Assembly (NCBI GenBank): GCA_023424215.1
Contig: JAFAEC010000152.1
Coordinates: 1 to 54,004 of the forward strand
Origin: Pseudomonadota bacterium
GTDB lineage: Bacteria > Pseudomonadota > Alphaproteobacteria > Caulobacterales > Caulobacteraceae
DNA: 54,004 nt
Direction of reading: 5' to 3'
Part shown: positions 1-11,553 of the stretch, in pieces
How positions within the stretch are numbered: the stretch's first letter is position 1
How the letters are laid out: each line of letters begins with the position of its first letter
Position numbers and translations under genes: made by a program
Notes under the pieces: generated by a model
What the model was told of the DNA's origin: nothing
Seen by the model: the letters and a program-made list of their open reading frames with translations, nothing else
Database searches by the model: none

Positions 1-2673
<2,673 letters not shown>

Positions 2674-2679
2674 CCGGGG

Positions 2680-3114
2680 TCAGGGCCGGCCGGCGTCGAT
2701 GAAGGCCCGCACCGTGGGCCAGGTCGGCGGGTCGGCCCGCGAGCCGTCGCAGGCGATCTGCTTCAGGAAGTCGGGCTGGGTGTTGGCGCGGATGGGCTCC
2801 CACGCCGCGCCTTCCTCCGGAAAGCGGTCCAGCTCGGCCCCGTCCGGCCCGATCTCGACGACGCCGGCCGGGCGCCAGCGGTTGCCGCCGCACTGGAACT
2901 CGTAGGTCTCCAGCGAGTGGCTGTAGTCGCCCGCCTCGGTCCGCAACGGCACCATGGCGATCACCACCGAGGTGACGCCGTCGGTGGTGGCGATGCTGTC
3001 CACGTCGGCCATGAACACGTTGTTGGGGCTGCGCGAGTAGGAGTTCCAGTTCTCCGCCGCCGCCGGTCCCGCCGCGATCAGCAGGGCCCCCGCCCCGATC
3101 AGAATACGCATCAT
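2680..3114 (-). CDS. Secreted hypothetical protein, surface-adhesin E-like
   Basis: Signal peptide (MMRILIGAGALLIAAGPAAA), W..DVDSI, two Cys (FQC, IAC); GGAG RBS before ATG 3114. Confidence 0.6.
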   Translation of the reverse strand: MMRILIGAGALLIAAGPAAAENWNSYSRSPNNVFMADVDSIATTDGVTSVVIAMVPLRTEAGDYSHSLETYEFQCGGNRWRPAGVVEIGPDGAELDRFPEEGAAWEPIRANTQPDFLKQIACDGSRADPPTWPTVRAFIDAGRP

Positions 3115-3183
3115 CGATGTTCTCCCCAGAACCTCGTTCGCCATGATGCGCCGACCGGCGCGCTTGGCAAGAGGGGTGGGGGG

Positions 3184-4344
3184 TCAGGCCGCGCGCGGCA
3201 GCGCCTCTCCGGCCCGCGCCAGCGGCTCGAACAGCCACTGCGCCAGATGTCGCACCACCGGCACGGCGACCCCGTCCCCCGCGAGGTGGCAGGCGGCGCT
3301 GTGCGACGTCGGCAGGCGATAGCTGTCCGGCAGCCCCATCAGCCGCGCCATTTCCCGCGCCGTCATCAGCCGCGACCGCACCCGTCCGTCCTCCACGACC
3401 AGCAGGGTCTGGCGACTGGATCCGCCGCCGGGCGTGCGCAGGCAGCCGGCCAGGTCGAAGCGCGCCTCCGCCCGCTGGGCCTTGCCGCCGTCGGGCGCCG
3501 GCCGCGTCCGGCGGTACAGGGTTCCGACCCGCCGCCCTCCCGCCGCCCGGGCCGCCTCGACCTTGGCCCGGTTGACCGGCGTCATCAGCGCCAGAAGACG
3601 TGCGGTCTGCTCATCCGAATGCCAGCGCAACGAGGGCCCGTCCGCCTCGATCAACTCGGCCAGCGTCGGGACCGGCGCCGTCGGCGCCGGCAGTCGCCAC
3701 CAGACCATCCGCGCCGCCGTCTCGCGCGGCAGCCGCCCCGCGGCGCGGACGAGGGCCGGCGGATGGAACGGCCCTTGCGGCCCGTCCGCGAGCAGCGCGG
3801 GGTCGATGACGACGTCGCCGCGTACGCCGACCACGAACAGCCGCGGCCGCGACTGCGGCAGGAACCTGTCGGCGTTGATCACCAGCGCGCCGAAGACATA
3901 GCCTGCCTCGGCCCAGGCCCGGCACAGGGCCTCGAAGTCGCGCCCGCCCCTCGAGGTCAGCGCCCCGCAGACATTTTCGACGGCGACGATGCGCGGCGCC
4001 CGCCCCTCGGCGGCCAGCCCCTGCGCCAGTCTCCAGAAGGTGTGGAAGGTGCCCGACCGCGCGCCCTCCAGACCCGCCCCGGCGCCCGCCAGAGACAGGT
4101 CCTGGCACGGGAACGATCCCCACATCAGTTCCGCCGCGCCCGGCAGATCCGCCGGCGTCAGCGCCCCGATGTCGCCGACCCTCAGCTCCGCATCGCCCCA
4201 GTTGGCGCGGTAGGCAGCCGCCTTCGCCGGGTCGATGTCGTTGGCGAAGCGGCAGTCCCAGCCCTCGCCCAGTCCGGCCCGGACCATGCCGCCGCCGGCG
4301 AAGAACTCGTAGACTCCGGGCGCGCGGGGCGGCGATTCGACCAT
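3184..4344 (-). CDS. DNA (cytosine-5)-methyltransferase, solitary
   Basis: Motif I EFFAGGG, motif IV SFPCQDLS, motif VI ENV, motif VIII PQSRPRLF, motif IX REMARLMG, motif X GDGVAVPV; ATG at 4344. Confidence 0.93.
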   Translation of the reverse strand: MVESPPRAPGVYEFFAGGGMVRAGLGEGWDCRFANDIDPAKAAAYRANWGDAELRVGDIGALTPADLPGAAELMWGSFPCQDLSLAGAGAGLEGARSGTFHTFWRLAQGLAAEGRAPRIVAVENVCGALTSRGGRDFEALCRAWAEAGYVFGALVINADRFLPQSRPRLFVVGVRGDVVIDPALLADGPQGPFHPPALVRAAGRLPRETAARMVWWRLPAPTAPVPTLAELIEADGPSLRWHSDEQTARLLALMTPVNRAKVEAARAAGGRRVGTLYRRTRPAPDGGKAQRAEARFDLAGCLRTPGGGSSRQTLLVVEDGRVRSRLMTAREMARLMGLPDSYRLPTSHSAACHLAGDGVAVPVVRHLAQWLFEPLARAGEALPRAA

Positions 4345-4417
4345 CCCCTCAGGCTGCGGCCTGCGCGGCGCCAAGTCCATCGCGGAACCGGGGGCGGCCC
4401 CTGTCCGCTGAGCCGCC

Positions 4418-4903
4418 ATGGCCCCGCGTCTGAAGGTCTTCACCTGGTCCGACGGCTTCCACGCCTTCACGGTCGCGGCGCCCTCGCGGCCCAAGGCGCT
4501 GGCGGCGTGGGGGATGGAACGCGACATCTCCGCCAGCGGACTGGCGCGCGAGATCCGCGAAGGGGCCGACTACGACGCCGCGCTCGCCCGCCCCGGCGAG
4601 GTGATCGAGCGCGGTCTGGCCGTCGACGTCGGCGAGGTCGCGCCGCGCCGGAAGACGACGAAGACGAAACGCGCCGCGCCCGCCGCGTCACCCGTTCCCT
4701 CGCCGGCAGCCCGCGAACGCGTCCGCGGTCTCGAGGCGGAGCTCAAGGCGCTGGAGCGCGACCAGGCGGCGGCGCGTCGCGACCTGGAGGCCGAGGCGAC
4801 GCGCGTCGCCCGCGCCCTTGAGCGCCTGAAGCAGACGCAGGAGCGCGAGCGTGACCGGCTGCAGGGGCGCCTCGACAAGGCGCGCGCCGCTCTCAAGCCG
4901 TGA
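4418..4903 (+). CDS. Conserved hypothetical protein with C-terminal coiled coil (often labelled TolA-like)
   Basis: LKVFTWSDGF..VAAPSRPKALAAWG N-terminus typical of an alphaproteobacterial family; heptad-rich C-terminus. Confidence 0.7.
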   Translation: MAPRLKVFTWSDGFHAFTVAAPSRPKALAAWGMERDISASGLAREIREGADYDAALARPGEVIERGLAVDVGEVAPRRKTTKTKRAAPAASPVPSPAARERVRGLEAELKALERDQAAARRDLEAEATRVARALERLKQTQERERDRLQGRLDKARAALKP

Positions 4904-4906
4904 AGG

Positions 4907-5179
4907 TCAGGCCGGACAGGCCGCCACGCAGTTGTCGTACTGGTACCGGGCGTAGCTGACGCAGGGCCGGTAGAACCCGCCCCGGAATCCGCCGGCCAGG
5001 TCGGCGGCGAAGCAGCGCGCGTCTTCCGCTTCGAAGGTCGCCTGGCAGGCGGCGACGCAGTCCGCGTCCTGTCCGATCCGGGTCATCGCCACGGCGGCCG
5101 TCGCGCCGGTTCCGCCGCCCGCTCCGGCGAGGGTGGCGACCCCGAAGGCGGCGGCGAACACAAGGCTTCGTGTGAACAT
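4907..5179 (-). CDS. Small secreted six-cysteine protein
   Basis: Signal-like N-terminus, CX3CX10C...CX10CX3C pattern, GGAG RBS; 15 nt downstream of the kinase stop. Confidence 0.7.
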   Translation of the reverse strand: MFTRSLVFAAAFGVATLAGAGGGTGATAAVAMTRIGQDADCVAACQATFEAEDARCFAADLAGGFRGGFYRPCVSYARYQYDNCVAACPA

Positions 5180-5194
5180 TGGAACTCTCCCCAG

Positions 5195-6964
5195 CTACGC
5201 TTGGGGACCGCGCGGCCCCGTCGGCTGTTCCATCACCTTCGCGTGACCTCCGGTCGCTGCGCTGAGGGCCGCGGCGAGGTCATCGAGACCATAGGGCTTG
5301 CTGAGTAGCCGGAAGCCGGCCCGGTTCGCCGTCGCCGCCGCCTCGCTGAACCCGGTGGTCAGGATCACCGGCAGGGTCGGATCGAGACTTCGCAGTTCGG
5401 TGGCCAGGCCCAGACCGTTCAACGCCCCCGGCATGACCATGTCGGACAGCACCAGGTCGAATCGACGACCGCCGCGCACCATTTCCAGCGCCGCGTCTCC
5501 CGTTGGGGCGCGTTCGTGACTGTATCCGAGATCCGCGATCATTTTCGCCACGCCCGCGGCTACCGCGTCGTCGTCCTCGACCAGCAGGATGTGACCGGCC
5601 CCGGCTCCGGTCGCGGGCGTCGCCAGCGTCGCCTCAACCATCGCTGGCAGCGGCTTGTCGGTCGCCGGGAGGCAAAGGCTGAAGAGCGCCCCGCCGTCGG
5701 CCGGAGAAGCCACGGTGACGTTCCCGCCCGAAGAGCGCGCGAAGCCGTAGACCTGGCTCAGCCCGAGGCCTGTGCCCTTGCCCACTTCCTTGGTGGTGAA
5801 GAACGGTTCGAAAATCCGGCCTATCAGGTCAGGCGGAATGCCGCTGCCGGTGTCGCGCACCTCGATGCAGACCGTCTCCCCCTGCGGCCGCACCGAGACG
5901 CTCAACCGCCCGCCCTCGGGCATGGCGTCGCGGGCGTTTACCGCCAGATTGAGGATGGCCAGCTCCAGTTCGCCCACGTCCACCTCGATCGGCCTCAGCG
6001 GTCGGTGCACGTCGATCTCCACCGCGATGTCCTCGCGCAGGGACCGCTCCAGCAGAATCCGCATGGCCTCCACCTGCTCGCCGACGTCGATCACGGCGGT
6101 GCGGAGCGGCGTCTGGCGCGAGAAGGCGAGCAGTTGCCGGGTCAGGCCGGAGCCGCGCTCGACAGCCTGTCGCATGCCGTCCATCAGCGCGCTGCGCCGG
6201 GCCGGATCGTCGCTTCGCTGCATCAGGTCGACGGCGCTGGAGACCACCATCAGCAGGTTGTTGAAGTCGTGCGCCACGCCGCCGGTCAGGCGGCCGATCG
6301 CCTCCATCTTCTGGCTCTGACGGAGCGCTTCTTCGGCCTTCTCGCGTTCGGCCATCTCCTGCTGCAGGCGCGCATTCGCGTCCGCCAGTTCCGCCGCCCG
6401 CACCGACAGGCTGCGGTTGGCCCGGCGCAGCGCCGACTGGGTCAGCGCCAGCACGGCGATCAGCAGAGCCGCCAGGGCCAGAACCAGCATCATCCCGGCG
6501 TAGCGCGAGAACCGCTGGCTGGCCGGGGTGTCCATCAGGCGCAGGCGGGCCGTGCCAAGCGTCTGTCCGCCCTCCGTCACCGGACGCACAACGTACAGGC
6601 GGCCGTCCTGGAACTCAGTGGTTTCCGGTCTGGGCGTCGCGGTGGACGGGATGGTTTCGCCGGCCCGGGCGTAGCTGGCGACCAGGCGGTTCTCCTCGTC
6701 GTAGATGGCCGCCGCCAAGACGTTCGGATTCACCTGGACGGCGTTCACATAGTCCTGGGCGGCTTCGGCGTCGTCAAAGGCCAGGGCGCCGCTGACCGCC
6801 GACGCCAGCAGGTCGGCCTGGGCGCCGGCTTCGCGGGCAAGCTCGAGCTTCATCGTCCGGTCGTGGGCGATCGACACGAACGCGCCGACGATCAGCAGCA
6901 CCGCCAGACAGGCGAGGGCGACAAGGGGCAGGCCGCGCGCGCGGATGGCCGGGAACCAGCTCAT
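5195..6964 (-). CDS. Hybrid sensor histidine kinase/receiver with YfiN-like periplasmic sensor
   Basis: Two TM helices around an ALAFDD periplasmic domain; GGVAHDFNNLL H-box, NLAVNARDAM, DTGSG, GKGTGLGL; C-terminal receiver LVEDD...LSDMVMPG...KP. Confidence 0.92.
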   Translation of the reverse strand: MSWFPAIRARGLPLVALACLAVLLIVGAFVSIAHDRTMKLELAREAGAQADLLASAVSGALAFDDAEAAQDYVNAVQVNPNVLAAAIYDEENRLVASYARAGETIPSTATPRPETTEFQDGRLYVVRPVTEGGQTLGTARLRLMDTPASQRFSRYAGMMLVLALAALLIAVLALTQSALRRANRSLSVRAAELADANARLQQEMAEREKAEEALRQSQKMEAIGRLTGGVAHDFNNLLMVVSSAVDLMQRSDDPARRSALMDGMRQAVERGSGLTRQLLAFSRQTPLRTAVIDVGEQVEAMRILLERSLREDIAVEIDVHRPLRPIEVDVGELELAILNLAVNARDAMPEGGRLSVSVRPQGETVCIEVRDTGSGIPPDLIGRIFEPFFTTKEVGKGTGLGLSQVYGFARSSGGNVTVASPADGGALFSLCLPATDKPLPAMVEATLATPATGAGAGHILLVEDDDAVAAGVAKMIADLGYSHERAPTGDAALEMVRGGRRFDLVLSDMVMPGALNGLGLATELRSLDPTLPVILTTGFSEAAATANRAGFRLLSKPYGLDDLAAALSAATGGHAKVMEQPTGPRGPQA

Positions 6965-7488
6965 CGCCCACGCTCCCGCACGTCCACGGCCAGGTTGAGC
7001 AGGCGTGAACTGAGTTGAAGCCGGGCACGCTCCGCGCCCGCCTTGTCGATGTGGAAGCGCACCCGATTGCTGGAGATCACGAAGTGGATCATCGCCCGTC
7101 GCGTGGTCACGGCGGAGTCGCTGACCGTCAGCACGGGCGCGCCGGCCGTGGCCGCCTCGGCACCCCGCCCAAGGTAGACGATATGACAGCCGCTCGCGCC
7201 GGCGCCCTGCCCGAGCCGTCTCACCGCGATCCTCCGGCCGTGCGCCGACTGGGCCGCCGCCGCGGTGTCGAGGACCCGTCCGAAGGGATCCCGCCCGGCC
7301 ACGCACACGGTCAGCGGCGCCGTGGCCGAGGTGAAGGCGGACGGCGGCCATTCCACGAAGGCGGCGAACCGGACCAGGTAGTTGGCTTTGATCTGGTATT
7401 CGAGGGTCTGCGCGCGGGCCATCCCCGCCTCGCCCAGCAGGGCGAGAGCGGTGAGGACGCCCGCGATGGTCTGTCGACCCGGCGCCAT
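6961..7488 (-). CDS. YfiR family periplasmic protein (DUF4154)
   Basis: Signal peptide, EYQIKANYLVRFAAFVEWP, two Cys, LTVSD, LSSRLLNLA. Confidence 0.92.
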   Translation of the reverse strand: MAPGRQTIAGVLTALALLGEAGMARAQTLEYQIKANYLVRFAAFVEWPPSAFTSATAPLTVCVAGRDPFGRVLDTAAAAQSAHGRRIAVRRLGQGAGASGCHIVYLGRGAEAATAGAPVLTVSDSAVTTRRAMIHFVISSNRVRFHIDKAGAERARLQLSSRLLNLAVDVRERGR

Positions 7489-9359
7489 CAGAAGCCTGCC
7501 CTCAAGGTCAGGTAGGCGCTGCGGCCCAGCACGCGTCGACGACCGGGGTCGCCGGTCTCGATGCGCGTGTCATTGAGCAGGTTCGAGCCGATCAGGGCCA
7601 GCTCCACGCCATTGTCGAAGCGCCAGCCGAAGCGGACGTCGGCCTCCACGTAGCCGTCGACGCCGGACGCCTCGAGCTCGTCCACCGCCCGCAGGTGGAC
7701 GTCCATCTCCAGCCGTTCCGTCAACTGCGTCCGGGAGTTGAGAAGCACCTGCCACGAGGGGTCGTCGCCCACCGACGCCAGGCTGGCGATGTCCACCTCG
7801 CCCGGCTTGAGGCGGAAATCCTTCTCGAGGGTGACCACCCCCAGATCGAGGCGCCAGCTCGGCGAGACTTCGTAGCTGCCCCAGGCCTCGATGCCGCTGG
7901 TGTGGCCCTCGCCGCCATTGGCGAAGCGCAGCGGCAGCACGGTCGCGGGGTCGGGCGCAACCGTCCGCAAGTCCGTGTAGTCGTGGTAGAAGGCCGACAG
8001 CGACAGGTTCAGGTTGCGGGCCGGCCGGGCGCGGTAGCCCAGTTCGTAGGAGGTCAGTTTCTCGGACTGGAAATCGCCGCCCACAAGGAACCCGGGCAGC
8101 GTCAGGTCACGATCGATCCGGCTGGCGGTGCGCGCGGCGCGCGACACGGCGCCCCAGATCAGCGAACCATCCTCGAGGCTCCACGCCAGCCGCGCGTTCG
8201 GCAGCACCTCGACGCCGGTGAAGCTGCTGTCCTCCACCTTCACGCCCAGGGTCAGCACCAGGTCGTCGCGCAGCGAAATCTGGTCCTGGACGAACAGGTT
8301 GCCCAAGGTGATGTCCCGCCGCGCGGGCACGAGCGTGGCCGCGCCCGGCGGGCTGGTCAGGGTGTTCTCGACCCAGCGGTGACCCCCGCCCCAGACGATG
8401 GCGTGCCGGCCGAGATCGATCGCCTGCTGCAGCGACACGTCCCAGGTGCGCACCTCCTCCTCCACCGGCCCGTTCACCCGGTCGGTCTGGTCGTAATAGG
8501 CCTGCGCCTCGATGCGGCCGGCGCCGTCGAACTCCCGCGTCCAGCGTCCGAGGGCGAAGCCGCCGCGCAGCGTCACGTCGCCCGGAGACTCGTGATCGAA
8601 CACGTCGCCCTGCAGCATCCAGTCGCCGAGCCCGCTGGACCAGTCGGCCCGTCCCCCGGCGCGGATCCCGGCCGCGGCGTCCAGGCCTGACCCGCCGCCC
8701 ACCATCTCCGTGTCGCTGCGGTCGAAGCCGGTCAGGAACAGCCGCCATGCCCCTGCGTCGCCAAGGGCGCCGCCGTGCCGCAGGCTGAGCGTCCGGTCGT
8801 CCGTCCCCGCCCCGACCGAGATGGCGGGCCCCTGGGTGTCGCGCGCGGAGCGGGTGGTGATGTTGATCACCCCGTTCACCGCATTGGCGCCGTACAGCGC
8901 CCCGCCCGGGCCGCTGATCACCTCGATCCGCTCGATGTCCTCCAGCACCAGCCCCCGGGCGTCCCACAGCACGCCCGAGAACAGGGTTGTGTAGATACTG
9001 CGCCCGTCGATCAGCACCAGCAGCTTGTTGGCGGTCTCGAACGAGTTGAAGCCGCGCGCGGTGACCGCGTAGTCGACCGACCCCACCCGCTGCACCTGCA
9101 GGTTCGGCGCGAGCCGCAGCACCTCGGGCAGACTCGCGGCCCCGGACCGCCGGATGTCGTCGCGGGTGATCACATAGACCGCAGCGGCGGCACCCGACAG
9201 CTGCTCCGGCCGTCGCGACACCGAGGTGATCTCGATGGCGGCCAGTTGTTCGAGGGTCAGGCCGGTCAGGTCCTGCGGCTGCGGCCCCTGCGCCTCCACC
9301 GTGGCCTCGCCTCCCGCTCCCAGAACACTGACTGCAGCGAGACCGGCCATTATCGACAT
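7488..9359 (-). CDS. TonB-dependent receptor
   Basis: LTLEQLAAIEITSVSRR, plug motifs LLVLIDGR and IERIEVISGPGGALYGANAVNGVINI, C-terminal Phe; start at ATG 9359 by RBS. Confidence 0.93.
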   Translation of the reverse strand: MSIMAGLAAVSVLGAGGEATVEAQGPQPQDLTGLTLEQLAAIEITSVSRRPEQLSGAAAAVYVITRDDIRRSGAASLPEVLRLAPNLQVQRVGSVDYAVTARGFNSFETANKLLVLIDGRSIYTTLFSGVLWDARGLVLEDIERIEVISGPGGALYGANAVNGVINITTRSARDTQGPAISVGAGTDDRTLSLRHGGALGDAGAWRLFLTGFDRSDTEMVGGGSGLDAAAGIRAGGRADWSSGLGDWMLQGDVFDHESPGDVTLRGGFALGRWTREFDGAGRIEAQAYYDQTDRVNGPVEEEVRTWDVSLQQAIDLGRHAIVWGGGHRWVENTLTSPPGAATLVPARRDITLGNLFVQDQISLRDDLVLTLGVKVEDSSFTGVEVLPNARLAWSLEDGSLIWGAVSRAARTASRIDRDLTLPGFLVGGDFQSEKLTSYELGYRARPARNLNLSLSAFYHDYTDLRTVAPDPATVLPLRFANGGEGHTSGIEAWGSYEVSPSWRLDLGVVTLEKDFRLKPGEVDIASLASVGDDPSWQVLLNSRTQLTERLEMDVHLRAVDELEASGVDGYVEADVRFGWRFDNGVELALIGSNLLNDTRIETGDPGRRRVLGRSAYLTLRAGF

Positions 9360-9520
9360 AAGCGACTTCCCCCTGGGCGGGCCTGCATCAGGTTCCCGCC
9401 GTCTACGGATAACCGCCCGCTGCGGCAAAGGTTGCGCGGCGGACGGGATGCGCGGCCGATCTGCCGCGACGGAAGCCACGGGTCAATGAAGCGGCGGACC
9501 GCCGTCGGCGTCCGACACGC

Positions 9521-9573
9521 TTGACGTCATATTCCGTGCTGGTTATGAGTTGATGTATAGCCATCGAGTTATG
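9521..9573 (+). promoter_or_regulatory. Putative sigma70 promoter and ArsR-type operator
   Basis: TTGACG-17nt-TATGAG followed by imperfect palindrome ATAGC-N6-GTTAT just upstream of the ArsR gene. Confidence 0.45.
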
Positions 9574-9579
9574 GAAGCT

Positions 9580-9903
9580 ATGGCGGACGCTCCAGACGCC
9601 CTGTTCCGGACCCTCGCCGATCCGACCCGGCGGGCCCTCTTCGAACGCCTGTGCCGGGAGGGCGAGCAGACCGTCGGCGCCCTCACCGCGACGGCCGGGG
9701 TGTCGCAGCCGGCCGTGTCCAAACACCTCGGCGTGCTCAAGCAGGCCGGCCTGGTCCGCGACCGGCCGGCAGGGCGCCAGATCCACTACAGCGTCCGTCC
9801 CGGCGCCCTGGCTCCGCTCGTCGAGTGGACACATCGGATGGAGGGCTTCTGGGAAGCCCGCCTCGATGGTCTGGAAGACCTCCTGAAGAGGATGGACCAA
9901 TGA
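9580..9903 (+). CDS. ArsR/SmtB family transcriptional regulator
   Basis: FRTLADPTRR, VSQPAVSKHLGVLKQAGLV winged HTH. Confidence 0.93.
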   Translation: MADAPDALFRTLADPTRRALFERLCREGEQTVGALTATAGVSQPAVSKHLGVLKQAGLVRDRPAGRQIHYSVRPGALAPLVEWTHRMEGFWEARLDGLEDLLKRMDQ

Positions 9904-10331
9904 ACGACGCCCCGTCCGCGATCCGATCCGTCGTCGTCGAACGCGAATTCCCGTGGCCGCCGGAAAGGCTCTGGCGCGCCCTGACCCAGCCCCACCTGAT
10001 CGAGGCGTGGCTGATGAAGAACGATTTCGCGCCGGTCGTCGGGCATCGCTTCAATCTGCGCGGGGACTGGGGCGGCGTGCTGGACTGCGAGGTCCGCCTC
10101 GTCGAGCCGAACCGCCGCCTGTCCTACACCTGGGACTTCGCGCACGAGGATCCGGCCTTCGACCTCAGGAGCGTGGTGACCTTCACTCTGGAACCGACGA
10201 CGGAGGGGACCCGGCTGAAGGTCGAGCAGGTCGGCTTCCGGCCCCACCAGAAGCAGGCCTTCGGCGGCGCCCGCGCCGGCTGGGCCGGCTTCCTCGGGAA
10301 GCTCGAGGAGCTGCTGCCCGCTGTGGACTGA
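9900..10331 (+). CDS. SRPBCC/AHSA1-like ligand-binding protein
   Basis: VVVEREFPWPPERLWRALT, WLMKNDF, GTRL..Q.GF, GW; ATGA overlap with ArsR. Confidence 0.9.
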   Translation: MNDAPSAIRSVVVEREFPWPPERLWRALTQPHLIEAWLMKNDFAPVVGHRFNLRGDWGGVLDCEVRLVEPNRRLSYTWDFAHEDPAFDLRSVVTFTLEPTTEGTRLKVEQVGFRPHQKQAFGGARAGWAGFLGKLEELLPAVD

Positions 10332-10352
10332 TCGACTGGAAAGAGGAGGCGC

Positions 10353-10571
10353 GTGATGGGGTTCGGAGGATGGACGCGGTGGCTGCACCGCTGGGTGTCG
10401 GCGATCTTCGTCGCCTGCGTCATGGCGGCGACCGTGGCCGCGGCCACGGGGCAGGACACGGGCAGCCCGGTCTTCTACGCGCCGCTGGCGCCGCTCCTCG
10501 TGCTGATGCTCAGCGGCCTCTACCTGTTCGTCCGGCCGTGGGTCGGCGGCCGCGGCCGCGGAAAGGCGTAG
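10353..10571 (+). CDS. Small two-TM membrane protein
   Basis: RWLHRWVS..F and SGLYLF..P PepSY-TM-like helices; GAGGAGG RBS. Confidence 0.75.
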   Translation: MMGFGGWTRWLHRWVSAIFVACVMAATVAAATGQDTGSPVFYAPLAPLLVLMLSGLYLFVRPWVGGRGRGKA

Positions 10572-10575
10572 CGAC

Positions 10576-10995
10576 ATGACGGAAAAGCCCTCGAAGCCCG
10601 TCCTGCTCTCCGGCGGCAATCCGCAGATCCCCAAGGGCTACGGCGACGCCCCGGTGCAGGCCTGGATCGCCGCCGCGCCCGGCTGGAAGAGCGACGTCTG
10701 GCGCCGCCTCGACCGGCTCATCGAGGAGACCGTCCCGGGCGTGCGCAAGGCGGTGAAGTGGAACTCGCCCCTCTACGGCGTGGAGGAGGGGACCTGGTTC
10801 CTCGGCGTCCACGTCTACGACCGCTATCTCAAGGTCAGCTTCTTCCGCGGCTCCGACCTCGATCCGCCGCCGCCGGTCGGCTCGAAGCAGAAGCACGTCC
10901 GCTACCTCCACATCCACGAGGACGAGACCCTCGACGAGGCGCAGTTCGCCGAATGGGTGCGGCAGGCCAGCCGCCTGCCCGGCGAGAAGATGTGA
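10576..10995 (+). CDS. DUF1801 (YdhG-like) protein
   Basis: LLSGGNPQIPKG, KAVKWNSPLYG, FFRG. Confidence 0.85.
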   Translation: MTEKPSKPVLLSGGNPQIPKGYGDAPVQAWIAAAPGWKSDVWRRLDRLIEETVPGVRKAVKWNSPLYGVEEGTWFLGVHVYDRYLKVSFFRGSDLDPPPPVGSKQKHVRYLHIHEDETLDEAQFAEWVRQASRLPGEKM

Positions 10996-11020
10996 GCCGA
11001 GCCCGAGGGAGACCCTGACC

Positions 11021-11434
11021 ATGTCCGACGCTCCGGCAGACGAGTCGCCGTCCCGACTCATCGACGCGAGGATCGCCGCCCTGGACGACTGGCGCGGCGC
11101 GGCGCTGGCGCGCGTCCGCGCCCTCATCCACGAGGCCGACCCGTCGGTGGTCGAGACCGTCAAGTGGCGCGGCGTTCCGGTGTGGGAGCACGCCGGCATC
11201 CTGTGCACCGGCGAGGCCTACAAGGCGGCGGTGAAGCTGACCTTCGCCCGCGGCGCGGCCCTGCCGGATCCGGCCGGCCTTTTCAACGCCAGCCTGGAAG
11301 GCAACGTCCGACGCGCCATCGACCTCTGCCAAGGCGATACGATCGACGCCCCCGCCTTCCGCGCCCTGATCCGCGCGGCGGTGGAACTGAACCTGTCGAA
11401 GGCAACGCCGAAGGCGCGCCGCAAGTCAGTCTGA
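11021..11434 (+). CDS. DUF1801 (YdhG-like) protein
   Basis: DWRG..L..VR.LI, VKWRGVPVW, LFNASLEGNVRRAID. Confidence 0.88.
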   Translation: MSDAPADESPSRLIDARIAALDDWRGAALARVRALIHEADPSVVETVKWRGVPVWEHAGILCTGEAYKAAVKLTFARGAALPDPAGLFNASLEGNVRRAIDLCQGDTIDAPAFRALIRAAVELNLSKATPKARRKSV

Positions 11435-11447
11435 GCGGGAAGGAAAG

Positions 11448-11524
11448 TGGCGCACCCGAAGAGATTCGAACTCCTGACCCCCAGATTCGTAGTCTGGTGC
11501 TCTATCCAGCTGAGCTACGGGTGC
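11448..11524 (-). tRNA. tRNA-Arg (anticodon ACG)
   Basis: GCACCCGTAGCTCAGCTGGATAGAGCACCAGACTACGAATCTGGGGGTCAGGAGTTCGAATCTCTTCGGGTGCGCCA; cloverleaf, GTTCGAA T-loop, encoded CCA. Confidence 0.98.
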
Positions 11525-11553
11525 GCACGGCCGCGAACGGCGAGGGCGGGTCT

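Noticed and set aside
3184..4344. Restriction-modification system
   Set aside because: No nuclease-like neighbour
2674..11524. Integrative island at the tRNA-Arg 3' end
   Set aside because: No integrase, no duplicate of the tRNA 3' end seen, no obvious composition shift
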